From: Acidimicrobiia bacterium
Lineage (GTDB): Bacteria; Actinomycetota; Acidimicrobiia; Spongiisociales; ZC4RG35
NCBI GenBank assembly: GCA_965215185.1
Contig: OZ244034.1
Coordinates: 480,001 to 544,000, forward strand
DNA length: 64,000 nucleotides
Reading direction: 5' to 3'
Of the stretch, positions 39,887-49,777 are shown in pieces. Within the stretch, counting starts at the first letter, position 1, and the number at the start of each line of letters is the position of its first letter. The notes under the pieces were generated by a model. That model saw only the letters and a program-made list of their open reading frames with translations, did not search any database and had not been told where the DNA came from. Position numbers and translations under genes: made by a program.

Positions 39887-40596
39887 GCAATTTGTCCATT
39901 CGAAATCTCCACCACTCGGTGCGTCCAAGACGACAGTCGGGCGGGATCGTGAGAGACGCACAGCGCTGCCCCTCCCCGGCTGGTGGTTGTTTGGATGAGA
40001 TGGTCGACGATCAAAGCCGCGTCTCGGTCCAGCCCGGCGTCGGGTTCGTCGAGCAGCAGGAGGCGGGGGGCGCCGATCAGCAGCCGGGCCAGGTCGGCTC
40101 GGCGTCTCATTCCGTTGGAGCAGCGTTCCGCTCGGATGCCCGTGGCGCCGGCCAAGCCCACCTTCTCCAGGGCCAGATGGCCCACCCCGGCGGGGTGTCC
40201 ACTCAACTGTGAGGTAAGGGCCAGATTTTCGCCGAGAGTCAGATCGGGATAGAGCGCCGGGAGATGTCCGGACCAGCCAATCTGCGAGCGCACCGCCGGA
40301 GTTTGGGAGGCGCCCAACGGAACCCCCAGCACGGTCCCCGAACCTGCGGTAGGAGCGATGAAGGTGGCTATCACAGCCAACAGCGTGGACTTGCCGGCGC
40401 CGTTCGGTCCGGCCACACCCAGCGACTCGCCGGGCTGGAGAGTGAGGTTGCAACGCGAAAGCACTCTGACGCCGCCCAAGGAAACGGAGAGATCAACCAA
40501 CTCGACCAGTGGGGCAACGGGGGACGGGGTTTGGGCAGCTGATAGGTGGGCCACTCGCTCTGAGTGTATGGGCTTTTGCTGTGCAGGCGCTCCCAT
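39883..40596 (-). CDS. ccmA: Heme exporter ATPase CcmA (start uncertain)
   Basis: GPNGAGKST, GH..ALYPDLT..ENL, S.GMRRR..LARL, LLDEP. Confidence 0.88.
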   Translation of the reverse strand: MGAPAQQKPIHSERVAHLSAAQTPSPVAPLVELVDLSVSLGGVRVLSRCNLTLQPGESLGVAGPNGAGKSTLLAVIATFIAPTAGSGTVLGVPLGASQTPAVRSQIGWSGHLPALYPDLTLGENLALTSQLSGHPAGVGHLALEKVGLAGATGIRAERCSNGMRRRADLARLLIGAPRLLLLDEPDAGLDRDAALIVDHLIQTTTSRGGAALCVSHDPARLSSWTHRVVEISNGQIA

Positions 40597-40794
40597 GCGA
40601 AATCTCCCTCTGTTCTCCGCTTGTCCTGCGGAGAACATCCCCGCTCTCTCCGTATCACTTACGACGAACAGAGACCGGAAATAACCGCTGCCGCGGATGC
40701 GCCTTAGGGCCGAGTGGTGATTGTGGGAGTGCGAGGGGAGGGCCAAGTCTGAAGTTTGCGGAGGGTCTATTTCAGCAATGCCAATCCCGAACAC

Positions 40795-40822
40795 TTGATC
40801 TGCACATTCCTGTGCAGATCAA
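40795..40822. promoter_or_regulatory. 12-bp inverted repeat, possible operator
   Basis: TTGATCTGCACA-TTCC-TGTGCAGATCAA in the divergent ccmA/oxidoreductase intergenic region. Confidence 0.45.
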
Positions 40823-40851
40823 CGGCCCAGGAAACACCACAAACGGGACCC

Positions 40852-40880
40852 TTGACACGGTATGTGAACCATGGTAAATT
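40852..40880 (+). promoter_or_regulatory. Sigma70-type promoter
   Basis: TTGACA-17 nt-TAAATT with TGn extended -10. Confidence 0.65.
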
Positions 40881-40977
40881 TGCGACTGATCGTCAGGATC
40901 AGGATAAGAAAAGGGTGTGATCGAATGACACAAATGGCCGCTCCAACATCATCTCTAAGCAAACGGCGGGGCGCACG

Positions 40978-42045
40978 ATGAAAAACGGAAAGATCGGCTT
41001 CGGTCTGGTGGGGATCGGGATGTCGGGTGACTTCATGGCCAAGGAACTCACCTTTGTCGAAGGCGGCGACCTTGTCGCGGTCTGCAGCCGGAACGAGGCC
41101 AACGTCCGGGGATTCGCCAAGACTCATGGTGCGAGACACTGGTTCACCGATTACCGCCGGCTGGTGGAACACGAAGACGTCGATGTTGTGGTCGTATCGG
41201 CTCCCACCGGACTGCACGCCGACGTCACGATCGCGGCGTCCAACGCCGGCAAGCACGCGCTGGTGGAAAAGCCACTCGAAACCACCTTGGAGAAGGCCGA
41301 CAAGGTGATCGGCGTTTGCCGGGCGAACAACACCAAGCTGGGGGTGGTGTTTCAGATGCGTTTCGGCGTGGTGGCCGCCACCCTTAAGGAGGCGGTGGAT
41401 TCAGGCCGCCTGGGACGAGTGTTTCTGGCCGACGCATTCGACAAATCAAGCCGGACTGCGGCCTATTACGCCTCCGCCGCGTGGCGCGGGACCAAGGTGC
41501 TCGAAGGTGGCGGTTGCATGATGACCCAGTCCATTCACATCATCGATCTCTTGCAATACCTGATGGGACCGGTGCGGTCGGTGATGGGACGGGTAGCCAC
41601 CCATGTACACGATATTGAGGTCGAGGACACCGCCACCGCGGTGGTGAACTTCGAAAGCGGAGCGACCGGGATCATTGAAAGCACCTCATCGGTCCGCACC
41701 GCCCTCAAGTCGCGGCTGGAACTTCACGGAGACAGCGGCACCGTCGTAGCCAACGCTCAGTACGACAAGTTCCTGCTCTGGGATGTGAAAGGTGACGAAG
41801 GCCGTGTCGAGGTGGAGAAAAACGTCGAGTTGACCGACATCGATGACCCTTGGGCCTTTCCCCAGACCCGCCACCGGATTCAACTCCAGGACATGGTGAA
41901 CGCAATCCATGAGGACCGCGATCCGGTTCTCACCGGCGAGGACGCCCGGGTTCCGATGGCGATCATCGCGGCAATCTACGATTCCTCGCGGAAGGGCAAG
42001 GAGATTTTCCTGGATGCCTACCGGCCGGCAGCCTCTAACCGCTGA
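40978..42045 (+). CDS. Gfo/Idh/MocA family oxidoreductase
   Basis: GLVGIG, LVEKP, FQMRF, WRG..GGGCMMTQSIH.ID, VEDTA. Confidence 0.92.
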   Translation: MKNGKIGFGLVGIGMSGDFMAKELTFVEGGDLVAVCSRNEANVRGFAKTHGARHWFTDYRRLVEHEDVDVVVVSAPTGLHADVTIAASNAGKHALVEKPLETTLEKADKVIGVCRANNTKLGVVFQMRFGVVAATLKEAVDSGRLGRVFLADAFDKSSRTAAYYASAAWRGTKVLEGGGCMMTQSIHIIDLLQYLMGPVRSVMGRVATHVHDIEVEDTATAVVNFESGATGIIESTSSVRTALKSRLELHGDSGTVVANAQYDKFLLWDVKGDEGRVEVEKNVELTDIDDPWAFPQTRHRIQLQDMVNAIHEDRDPVLTGEDARVPMAIIAAIYDSSRKGKEIFLDAYRPAASNR

Positions 42046-42088
42046 CTGCGGAATCGCCACGAGGCCTCATTAAAAGGACGCTGCAGAC

Positions 42089-42105
42089 CCGCCGGAAACC
42101 GGCGG
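42089..42105. terminator. Hairpin between convergent genes, possible terminator
   Basis: CCGCCGG-AAA-CCGGCGG. Confidence 0.45.
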
Positions 42106-42119
42106 TTAGCGATATGAGG

Positions 42120-42193
42120 CTCCGGGGGTGGGACTTGAACCCACAACCTTCGGGTTAACAGCCCGCCGCTCTGCCGAATTGAGCTACCCCGGA
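42120..42193 (-). tRNA. tRNA-Asn (GTT)
   Basis: TCCGGGGTAGCTCAATTCGGCAGAGC..CT-GTT-AA..GGTTCAAGTCC..CCCCGGAG; CCA not encoded. Confidence 0.96.
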
Positions 42194-42346
42194 AAGGGAG
42201 TGGTTGGTGACTGGGATGGACACCGACCTGTCGGGGCAATTGTAGACCGTTCGACCAATGCCAAACACCTGCTTAGTTGGCACAGCGTGGTTTGTGAAGA
42301 AGATGGTCATGTATGAGATTTTGGGTGCATAACATCCTGATTGGCA

Positions 42347-42841
42347 ATGAATAGGAAAATGGCGGTCTTGGGTGTGCTGGTGGCCGTGTTGACGGCCAGT
42401 TGCGGTTCGGATCCGGGCGCAACCCTCGAAGCGGTGTCGGTCCCCGACAAATTGAATTGGATCACCCCCGAGGAGTTGTCGGAGGAGTTGGCCCTAGGCC
42501 CGGCGGCGGTGGTGAACTTCTGGGCTTCGTGGTGCGGCCCGTGCCGGGCGGAGGCGCCGGTACTGCGGAAGGCTCATCAAGATTACGGCGACAGGGTGCG
42601 GTTTATCGGGGTGGCGGTGGACGACACTGCTTCCGGAGCTTTCGACTTCATGGAGTCGTATGGGATCACCTTTGAGAACTATTTGGGGGATGGCGGTCCC
42701 ATGATGGCGCAATACGAGGCTTTTGGCATTCCTTTTACCGTGTTCACCGATACGGCCGGAGAGGCGCTTTACGTTCATCGCGGGATAATTGATGAGGACC
42801 TCCTCCTCCTGTGGACCGATGAACTTTCCCGTCTCGGTTGA
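42347..42841 (+). CDS. TlpA-family disulfide reductase lipoprotein (CxxC)
   Basis: Lipobox TASC; NFWASWCGPCRAEAP; GIPFT. Confidence 0.9.
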   Translation: MNRKMAVLGVLVAVLTASCGSDPGATLEAVSVPDKLNWITPEELSEELALGPAAVVNFWASWCGPCRAEAPVLRKAHQDYGDRVRFIGVAVDDTASGAFDFMESYGITFENYLGDGGPMMAQYEAFGIPFTVFTDTAGEALYVHRGIIDEDLLLLWTDELSRLG

Positions 42842-42935
42842 CGGTGGAAAGCTCAACGCCATCCTTGTAGTAGGGTGCCGTCGTCTCGTTAAGGATGCTT
42901 TGCGGCAAGAGTTTGACGGCCACACGGTGCTTTAG

Positions 42936-43610
42936 ATGGATCTGACGCTGCTGGGACGGGTGGTGGGCGCCATGCTCGCCGCGGCTTTGACTGTGCGGGC
43001 GCTCAGGGGAAGGCGGCCTCCGGAATTTTCGGAGCCGTTCAACGATTTGCTGGGTGCCGTGCTGGTGGGGATGGCGGCAGGGCGCCTGGCCTATGTGGTT
43101 GGAGAGGGAATCAACGTCATCGCTCATCCACTTGAGTTGGTACTGATACGCGGCGGCATTGTTCCTGTGCCTGCAGCTATGGCGGCCATTGGTTTCTTGG
43201 TTTGGGCCTGCCGCCGTGATCTGTGGAGCCGCTTGGATCATCTTGTTCCGGCGGCGCTGGTCGGGTTGGCGGTATGGGAGGCCGGGTGCTGGTGGCAGGG
43301 ATCTTGTCTGGGTTCGCCGTCCGGTCTGTGGTGGGCAATTGCCCTGCCGGGCAGCAACCTCACCCGTCACCCGGTGGGCATGTACGTAGCCGTGCTATTG
43401 GTTGCGGCGGCGATTTGGCTGTGGAGGCGCCCTCTGCCCTGGAGTGGGGGCAGTGCCGCGGCCGGGCTGGGATGGGCGTCGGCTGTCCGGTTGATGGTTC
43501 CCATTTGGTCGGTGGGGGGTTGGTCCAATTGGACATGGTGGTATCTGGTGGGCTTGGTCCTGGGTCTGGGTGGGGTGGTGGCGGCGCGGCACAGATCAAA
43601 GGGCCGATAA
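42936..43610 (+). CDS. Lgt-like (prolipoprotein diacylglyceryl transferase family) membrane protein, divergent
   Basis: GRLAYV, IRGG, G.CLGSPS.LWWAI..PG, RHPVGMY (compare Lgt HPSQLY). Confidence 0.7.
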   Translation: MDLTLLGRVVGAMLAAALTVRALRGRRPPEFSEPFNDLLGAVLVGMAAGRLAYVVGEGINVIAHPLELVLIRGGIVPVPAAMAAIGFLVWACRRDLWSRLDHLVPAALVGLAVWEAGCWWQGSCLGSPSGLWWAIALPGSNLTRHPVGMYVAVLLVAAAIWLWRRPLPWSGGSAAAGLGWASAVRLMVPIWSVGGWSNWTWWYLVGLVLGLGGVVAARHRSKGR

Positions 43611-43876
43611 CCCTAATCCCGTCCCCGGTTAACAACCTTGCAAAGCTTTGTTAAGCGGGAGCGCTTTTGACTCTCCTTGCTGCTGTCGGGGGAAGGAAGC
43701 GAGGGGGGAAAGCAATCGCTGGGTTGGCAAAAGACACGATTTCTGCGAAAAGCCCAACTCCTGTTGGATTCCGCATATTGAAGCATAAAGCAGTAGGCGA
43801 CAATGGTTGAGTCCTTCTGAGAGACCCTGGCCGTGGCGGGTATCAGACCATTGTGGGATCTGATGAGGAGAGGAAA

Positions 43877-44724
43877 ATGAATGCAACCGTTGAACGCCAT
43901 CAAATCCACAGCACCCTGCGGAGAATGGGGACCGGGGTCGGCGCGGCCGCGCCGATGAATGTGAATGCCTCATCAGGGAAGGTGAACTTGGTGGCGGTCG
44001 GGAAAGAGTCGATCATGCACGCCGAGCTGGACGCATCGGTGAAGATGCCCGGATTCGCTGACGTCATGCTCCGACAGATCACGTCGGTGGTCAAGTCTTT
44101 ACCGAATGGGAAGGTGGTCTTGGAGTCCGGAGGGGAAGGGGTTGGGTGGTACCCGCGTGGTCCTGGCCGACCCGGCCGAGCTGTGCAACGCTGGTTTGCC
44201 GGAGCCGGAGAGTCCCGGTCAAAGGGTCGATGGAGGGCTATTGCGTGCGGCTCTCGACGCAGTGATTTCCTCAACAGCGACCGACAATCATCCCATTTTC
44301 GGATCTGTACGTTTCGACGCGTCGAATGATGATTTGCGGTTGGTTGCTTCCGACACCTTCAGATTGGAGGTTCGTATGTTCCCGCACACCCCTTGCGGAC
44401 CTGGCGAGCCGGGTGGTGGCCTTGGACCCTAAGGCGCCCGCTCCGATCAAGCTGATATTCTCGACGGAAGGGATCGAGTTTTCGGCCAAGTCGCCCGCAG
44501 GCTATGGTGAGTGGTTACCTGGAAGCCGATCATCAGGATTTGCCCGGGGAGGTTACGCTGCGGTTCAACTCTCGGTTTTTAACGGACGCTCTTTCCAATT
44601 TGATCTCTGACCGGGTGGAGACCGACTGGCCGAGGAGCCGCTGGCCCGGCCCAAGCCGGTTCGAATCGGCGACGCTGGCCATCCCGAGGTTTGGAATCTG
44701 GTAATGCCCATGCGGGCCGGATAG
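43877..44724 (+). pseudogene. Decayed DNA polymerase III beta clamp (dnaN-like) copy
   Basis: Fragments in shifting frames: MNATVER.., ITSVVKSLPNG, LRLVASDTFRL, VTLRFNSRFLTDAL, terminal LVMPMRAG*; SD GAGGAG. Confidence 0.75.
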
Positions 44725-44865
44725 GCGGGTATCCAAGACATTGGCCGCAGCCGGTCCGCCTATTCAAGTGGTCAGGCGGTAAAGTCGCATTACGAAGGAT
44801 CGCCAGGATGCCTTCGGCGATAACCCGAATGACGACTGGGCTTGTTGCCTTGAGGATGAGTGCTG

Positions 44866-45438
44866 ATGTCCCAAGAAATGAACATGTTCCCCGAATTTCC
44901 CGACGAGACATTTGAGATCATCTACGCCGATCCACCCTGGGATTATCGGGGCCAACTCCAGCACGCGGGGGTCGGTTCGGGCGATACCGGGGGAGCGGTT
45001 CGACACTACCCCACGGTAAAGCTCTCGGATTTGAAGATGCTCAGGGTTTCGACCATTGCTGCTGATGACTGTCTGCTGTTCATGTGGACCACCAATCCTC
45101 ACCTCGACCAGGCGGTGGAGCTGGGGAAAACGTGGGGATTCAAATGGGCGACTGTCGCCTTCGTGTGGGATAAGGAACGGGTCAACCCGGGGTTTTACAC
45201 CTTGAGCCAATGCGAATTGTGCCTGGTGTTCAAGAAAGGCCGGATTCCGACTCCCCGGGGAGCCAGAAATGTTCGGCAAATGGTGAGCAGCAGCAGGGGA
45301 GTGCATTCGGAGAAGCCCGATGAGGTGAGAAGAGGAATCGAAGAGATGTTTCCCTCACAAAGGAAAATCGAACTGTTTGCCCGAAGGAAGGCGCAGGGGT
45401 GGAGCAGTTGGGGATTGGACATCGCCGGGGATATGTAA
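44866..45438 (+). CDS. MT-A70 family adenine methyltransferase
   Basis: IIYADPPW, HYPT, LFMWTT, WGF, FVWDK, HSEKPD, IELFAR, WG. Confidence 0.92.
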   Translation: MSQEMNMFPEFPDETFEIIYADPPWDYRGQLQHAGVGSGDTGGAVRHYPTVKLSDLKMLRVSTIAADDCLLFMWTTNPHLDQAVELGKTWGFKWATVAFVWDKERVNPGFYTLSQCELCLVFKKGRIPTPRGARNVRQMVSSSRGVHSEKPDEVRRGIEEMFPSQRKIELFARRKAQGWSSWGLDIAGDM

Positions 45439-45575
45439 TACGTCAATGGTATGCGTTTTGATGGGGGGCGGTGTGCCAGGAACTTCTGCTACTGGCACAC
45501 CGCCCTCGCGCCGTCTCCTGTGTTACTCTCAAGAAAGAGGTGCAGGTGGCTATCTGATGACAGGAGACGAGATAT

Positions 45576-46427
45576 ATGGCCAGTTTTTTGCTTTCGAATA
45601 GCAACTCCCCCCGTTACACCTCCAAGGGCAAGCTGGCACGCAAGTACTACGAGCGGGAGTTGCGGAGGCTGCAGGAAGAGCTGGCCATGCTGCAGCGATG
45701 GATAACCTCGCAGGGACTGAGGGTTTTGGTCATCTGCGAGGGCCGGGACGCCGCTGGGAAGGGGGGTGTGATCAAGCGCATAGTCGAGCGACTCAATCCC
45801 CGGGTCTGTCGGGTGGTGGCGCTGGGAGTGCCAACCGAACGGGAGCAGAACCAGTGGTATTTCCAGCGGTATGTGGCGCATCTTCCCGCTGCCGGGGAGA
45901 TGGTGCTCTTCGACCGGAGTTGGTACAACCGGGCAGGAGTCGAGCGGGTGATGGGGTTCTGCACCGAGCAGGAATATCAAGAGTTTCTAGTGTCCTGTCC
46001 CCAGTTTGAGCGCATGCTGATTCGCTCCGGCATTCAGATCATCAAGTACTGGTTTTCGGTCAGCGACGAAGAGCAGGAACGACGTTTTCAGGCCCGCCTC
46101 ACCGACCCCAGGCGACGGTGGAAACTTAGTCCCATGGATCTGGAGTCCCGTACTCATTGGGTTGACTATTCCAAAGCAAAAGATGAGATGTTCGCTCACA
46201 CCGACATCATCGGGTGCCGCTGGTATGTGGTGAATGCTGACGACAAGCGCCGGGCGAGGCTCAATTGCATAAATCACCTGCTGCGCAGCATTCCCTATCA
46301 CAATGTTGAGATTCCTGAATTGATACTGCCGAGTCGACAGAGCGGGGAAGAATATGTCCGTCCTCCCTTTACCGATCAGACGTTTGTGCCCGACCACTAC
46401 GTCCCCCCGGCGAAGAAGAAACCATAA
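45576..46427 (+). CDS. ppk2: Polyphosphate kinase 2
   Basis: EGRDAAGKGG, WYFQRY, FDRSWYNRAGVERVMGFC, WKLSPMD, ADDKRRARLN. Confidence 0.95.
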   Translation: MASFLLSNSNSPRYTSKGKLARKYYERELRRLQEELAMLQRWITSQGLRVLVICEGRDAAGKGGVIKRIVERLNPRVCRVVALGVPTEREQNQWYFQRYVAHLPAAGEMVLFDRSWYNRAGVERVMGFCTEQEYQEFLVSCPQFERMLIRSGIQIIKYWFSVSDEEQERRFQARLTDPRRRWKLSPMDLESRTHWVDYSKAKDEMFAHTDIIGCRWYVVNADDKRRARLNCINHLLRSIPYHNVEIPELILPSRQSGEEYVRPPFTDQTFVPDHYVPPAKKKP

Positions 46428-46688
46428 ACAGGTTGTTGAAGCGAAGAGGGATTCGTAGCTGTAGGGGCGAGGTGCCGAGCACTAAGTCGGTGGCCTGAAT
46501 TGCCATTCCAGACGGTGATGGTTTGACGCGGTGAAACCGGGTTTGGGCGTAAGTCCACAGGTTGCCAGGGGTCCGAAGCGGTTGAGGGACAGGGAGGGGG
46601 AGCTTGATCCGGGAGCACTGCAAGGTCAGGGTCGACTGGGGTGGACCACCTTGAGCGAGGGTGGCAATGTTGCAGGAGGTATGGACAG

Positions 46689-48194
46689 GTGACAGCTCTG
46701 GACCGCCTGGAAGGTCGGCCGGGCGGCCGCGATGGATACTGGTCTTCGGCATGGCCGGTTGAATGTGGAGGCAACCGACGACAGAAGGCTGCCACCGGGC
46801 GACTCGACGCCGCCTTGAAAACGGCGTCTGTGACTACCCGTCGCAACGGTCGCTGGAACGTGATGTTCGTGGAACGCGAACCAAACCAGTGGTATCTCGG
46901 TGGGACTATGCCCGCCTTCAGTGGCCCCGAGCCTTACGGCTGGGTGGAGCGGCTCGACCTAAGCGAAGGTGGCGCCGGTGCGAAGACCCTGGAGCCAGAG
47001 GTCCGATCACGGCGGCTGCCGTGCGGAAGCCATGTGTGGTGTGGTTCGATTTTGGCTCACGCCAACGGGGCTGTGTACAGCGTCAACGGCTCCTATCTTC
47101 ACAAGTTGGACGCGATTGACCTTTCGGTGCTGGCTGAGAGACGGCTGCCCGCTGATCGTTCGCACAACGGAATGCTGGCGCTTCGCGATGGCACCATCGT
47201 CACCAAGGATCTTCGCCTGGAGGGGCAGGGGGGAACCACCCTCACTCGCTTGGAGCCCGACTCTCTGGAGTTGGTGGGTGAGCCGCTGGTCCTGCCCGAG
47301 GGTTCCATGGGCCGCATCGCCGCCGACCTGATAACCATCGACGGGGCGCCGACGGAAGTGGTCTATGTTCCGGGCACTGAACATATTTGGCGTTTGATTG
47401 TTTCGCAGTTCCGTGGTCCCACCTCCGCTGGGTCGGGAATGGGCTGTGGTCTGGAGATCGATGCGAGTTGGTGGCCGCGTTACCGGGAGAAGAACGATAG
47501 ATACGGGCTGGCCTGGGATTGTTGCATCTCGGGTGGCCACTGTTGGATCATGGATTGTGGAGATGTGGGGTCGGTCAGGGCCATCCACCGCACCGAGCCC
47601 AACGGCCGCTTTGCCGAGCCACCGGGCGCAAGGCTCTCGTGGCGCCAGCCGGCGCCCTGGTCGGGCGCGCAGCGCCTTCTACGGGTAAGCCTTTCCGATG
47701 ACAGGGATATGGATGTTATTGAACCCTTCGGCATCCCGGGAGGCGGCATTATCGCTCCGCCGGTCCACATACCGGACGTCGCATCGGGTGTTGACATGGC
47801 GATTGCCTGGGACTCGATCAACGGTGGCTTGGCCGGGATCCAGATCCCGACCCATGCCGTGGGTTCACGAGTCTCAGCCAACGGCGAATCGCGCCCATTG
47901 GAGTCGGGCGTCGCCGGGCCGATGAGAGTGGCCTGGCATCTGGACGTGCGGCCAACCATGCAGCCCGTGGTGTATCCCGAATCTGGTGAGTTGGTCATAA
48001 ACGACTTCACGGTGGGCGCGGATGGCGGCCCGCCTTCTGACGATCTGGTTGTTGTGGAAATCGCCACCGGAAACTTGATTGATCGGGTCGCAACCGGTTC
48101 GCGGGTGGCAAACGGCATGTTTCTTAGCGCGGCGGGAGTCGGGAGGGTTCTCTACGCCACCACCACTGCGGTGGCGCTGGTCACCTGGTCCTAG
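46689..48194 (+). CDS. Hypothetical protein, beta-propeller-like
   Basis: Long intact ORF; beta-rich blades such as LAHANG.VY.VNG, NGMLAL.DG.IV.KD, VVEIATG. Confidence 0.7.
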   Translation: MTALDRLEGRPGGRDGYWSSAWPVECGGNRRQKAATGRLDAALKTASVTTRRNGRWNVMFVEREPNQWYLGGTMPAFSGPEPYGWVERLDLSEGGAGAKTLEPEVRSRRLPCGSHVWCGSILAHANGAVYSVNGSYLHKLDAIDLSVLAERRLPADRSHNGMLALRDGTIVTKDLRLEGQGGTTLTRLEPDSLELVGEPLVLPEGSMGRIAADLITIDGAPTEVVYVPGTEHIWRLIVSQFRGPTSAGSGMGCGLEIDASWWPRYREKNDRYGLAWDCCISGGHCWIMDCGDVGSVRAIHRTEPNGRFAEPPGARLSWRQPAPWSGAQRLLRVSLSDDRDMDVIEPFGIPGGGIIAPPVHIPDVASGVDMAIAWDSINGGLAGIQIPTHAVGSRVSANGESRPLESGVAGPMRVAWHLDVRPTMQPVVYPESGELVINDFTVGADGGPPSDDLVVVEIATGNLIDRVATGSRVANGMFLSAAGVGRVLYATTTAVALVTWS

Positions 48195-48302
48195 ACCTCT
48201 GGAAGAACCTGACTCCGCAGTCGCCCGACGCCTGTGGAAGTTATGAGGGTGTTAGCGATAGACAACGGTATGTGGTCACACCCATGTGCCATTCTTGTAG
48301 AC

Positions 48303-49515
48303 ATGAAGGAAGAAGTTTTGAACGGGCAGGTGGTCAACCGGGTGCGGGTGGTGGCGCCCAATTTGCCCCTTGCCGAGGCGACTATGGAACAGTTGAAAGA
48401 ACGGATCCAGTCCACCATCTGCGCAGATAACCAAACCGCCGCCATCCGCGCAGAAGCCTTGGCAGAGACGCGCCGTCGGGAAGGAACCGAACGGTGGAAA
48501 CCGTGTTGAAAGAAGATGATCTCCTTTCACGCCGCAGGGCCCGTTCAGAAGTGGAAACCGCGGTAAAACTCAAGGAATTGCCAAACACCGCAGACGGTTT
48601 TGAGGAAAGGAGCGATCTCCTACGACAACGTCCGGATCAGCACCAAAGCGCTGCTGCTCGGCATGGTCCTAGCTGTCTACGAAGCATCGAACTGGCCGAC
48701 ATTGCCAAAACCCAGTCACCGGACAATTTTGCCGGAACGGTCCGCAAACACCAACAACAACGTTCCCAAGATGACGGCCTGTCACAGCTGGAGCATCAAC
48801 GGTCCCAGCGGTACGTCAAGATAAGCACCGACCTCACCGACGGGATGACAGTTCTCTACGGACGGTTCGATCCCATCACCGGTGCCCGGATCGAATCGGT
48901 GCTGTCGAAGAAGGTCAACGAACTATGGCGAGAAGAAAACCCCCAGGCCCGGTCCACCCGGGAACAGCGGATAGCCGATGCCCTAGAGATATTTCTCACC
49001 CGCCCGGAAAACAACTCCGGGGGCCGGTCGCAGGAGGCCAGGCTGTTGCTGATCGCCCAACACGAGGCCATCACCGGAAAACTGGGGCAGGTTCGCCTTC
49101 CCGACGGGACACCCATCCCCCTCCAAAAGCTCCGGGAGATAGCCTGCGAAGCCGAAGTGCTGCCCGCCATCTTCCAGGGGGCTTCCCAACCCCTTGACCT
49201 GGGAAGAGCCAGACGGGTAGCCAGCCCCGCCCAACGCATCCTCTGGTAGCCCGCGACCGAAACTGCATAGGCTGCGGAGCCTCAGCCAACTGGTGTCAGG
49301 CCCACCACATAATCCACTGGATAGACGGCGGCCCCACCAACCTCGACAACATGTGCCTACTATGCAACCGCTGCCACCACAAAGTACACGACGACGGATG
49401 GCAAGTAGGCGAGCCCCCCACCGGAAAGTACTCTCTCGGCCCACCACCCACGCACCATATGCCCCCACCCCGCCCGCGCAATCACCCCTACCGCGGTCGG
49501 AAGCAAAGAAAATAG
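48303..49515 (+). pseudogene. DUF222/HNH endonuclease (13E12-type), frameshifted
   Basis: QRIADAL, ACEA...PLDLGRARRVAS; after a frame change ARDRNCIGC..WCQAHHIIHW.DGGPTNLDNMCLLC.RCH.KVH. Confidence 0.85.
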
Positions 49516-49777
49516 GCCATACCCTTTCAGGTGCGAAGAGCCAGCAGTCGGGGAAAGCCTCCAGGCGAGTCTTGGCCGCGGCCCACTAGACCACACATCC
49601 GATGCACTGACATCGGAACCGTTGTTGCCGGACCGGTGTGGGTTATATTTGCTTGATGGGGAGCGAATCTTTACCGCGTCCACCGCTCATTTCGCCTGGC
49701 TCTCGCCCTTGGAGAACGAAGTGTTCCAGAGTTGCCGGGATGCTATCCGGTGATGTGATCAACTTAGTCTTTAGAAG

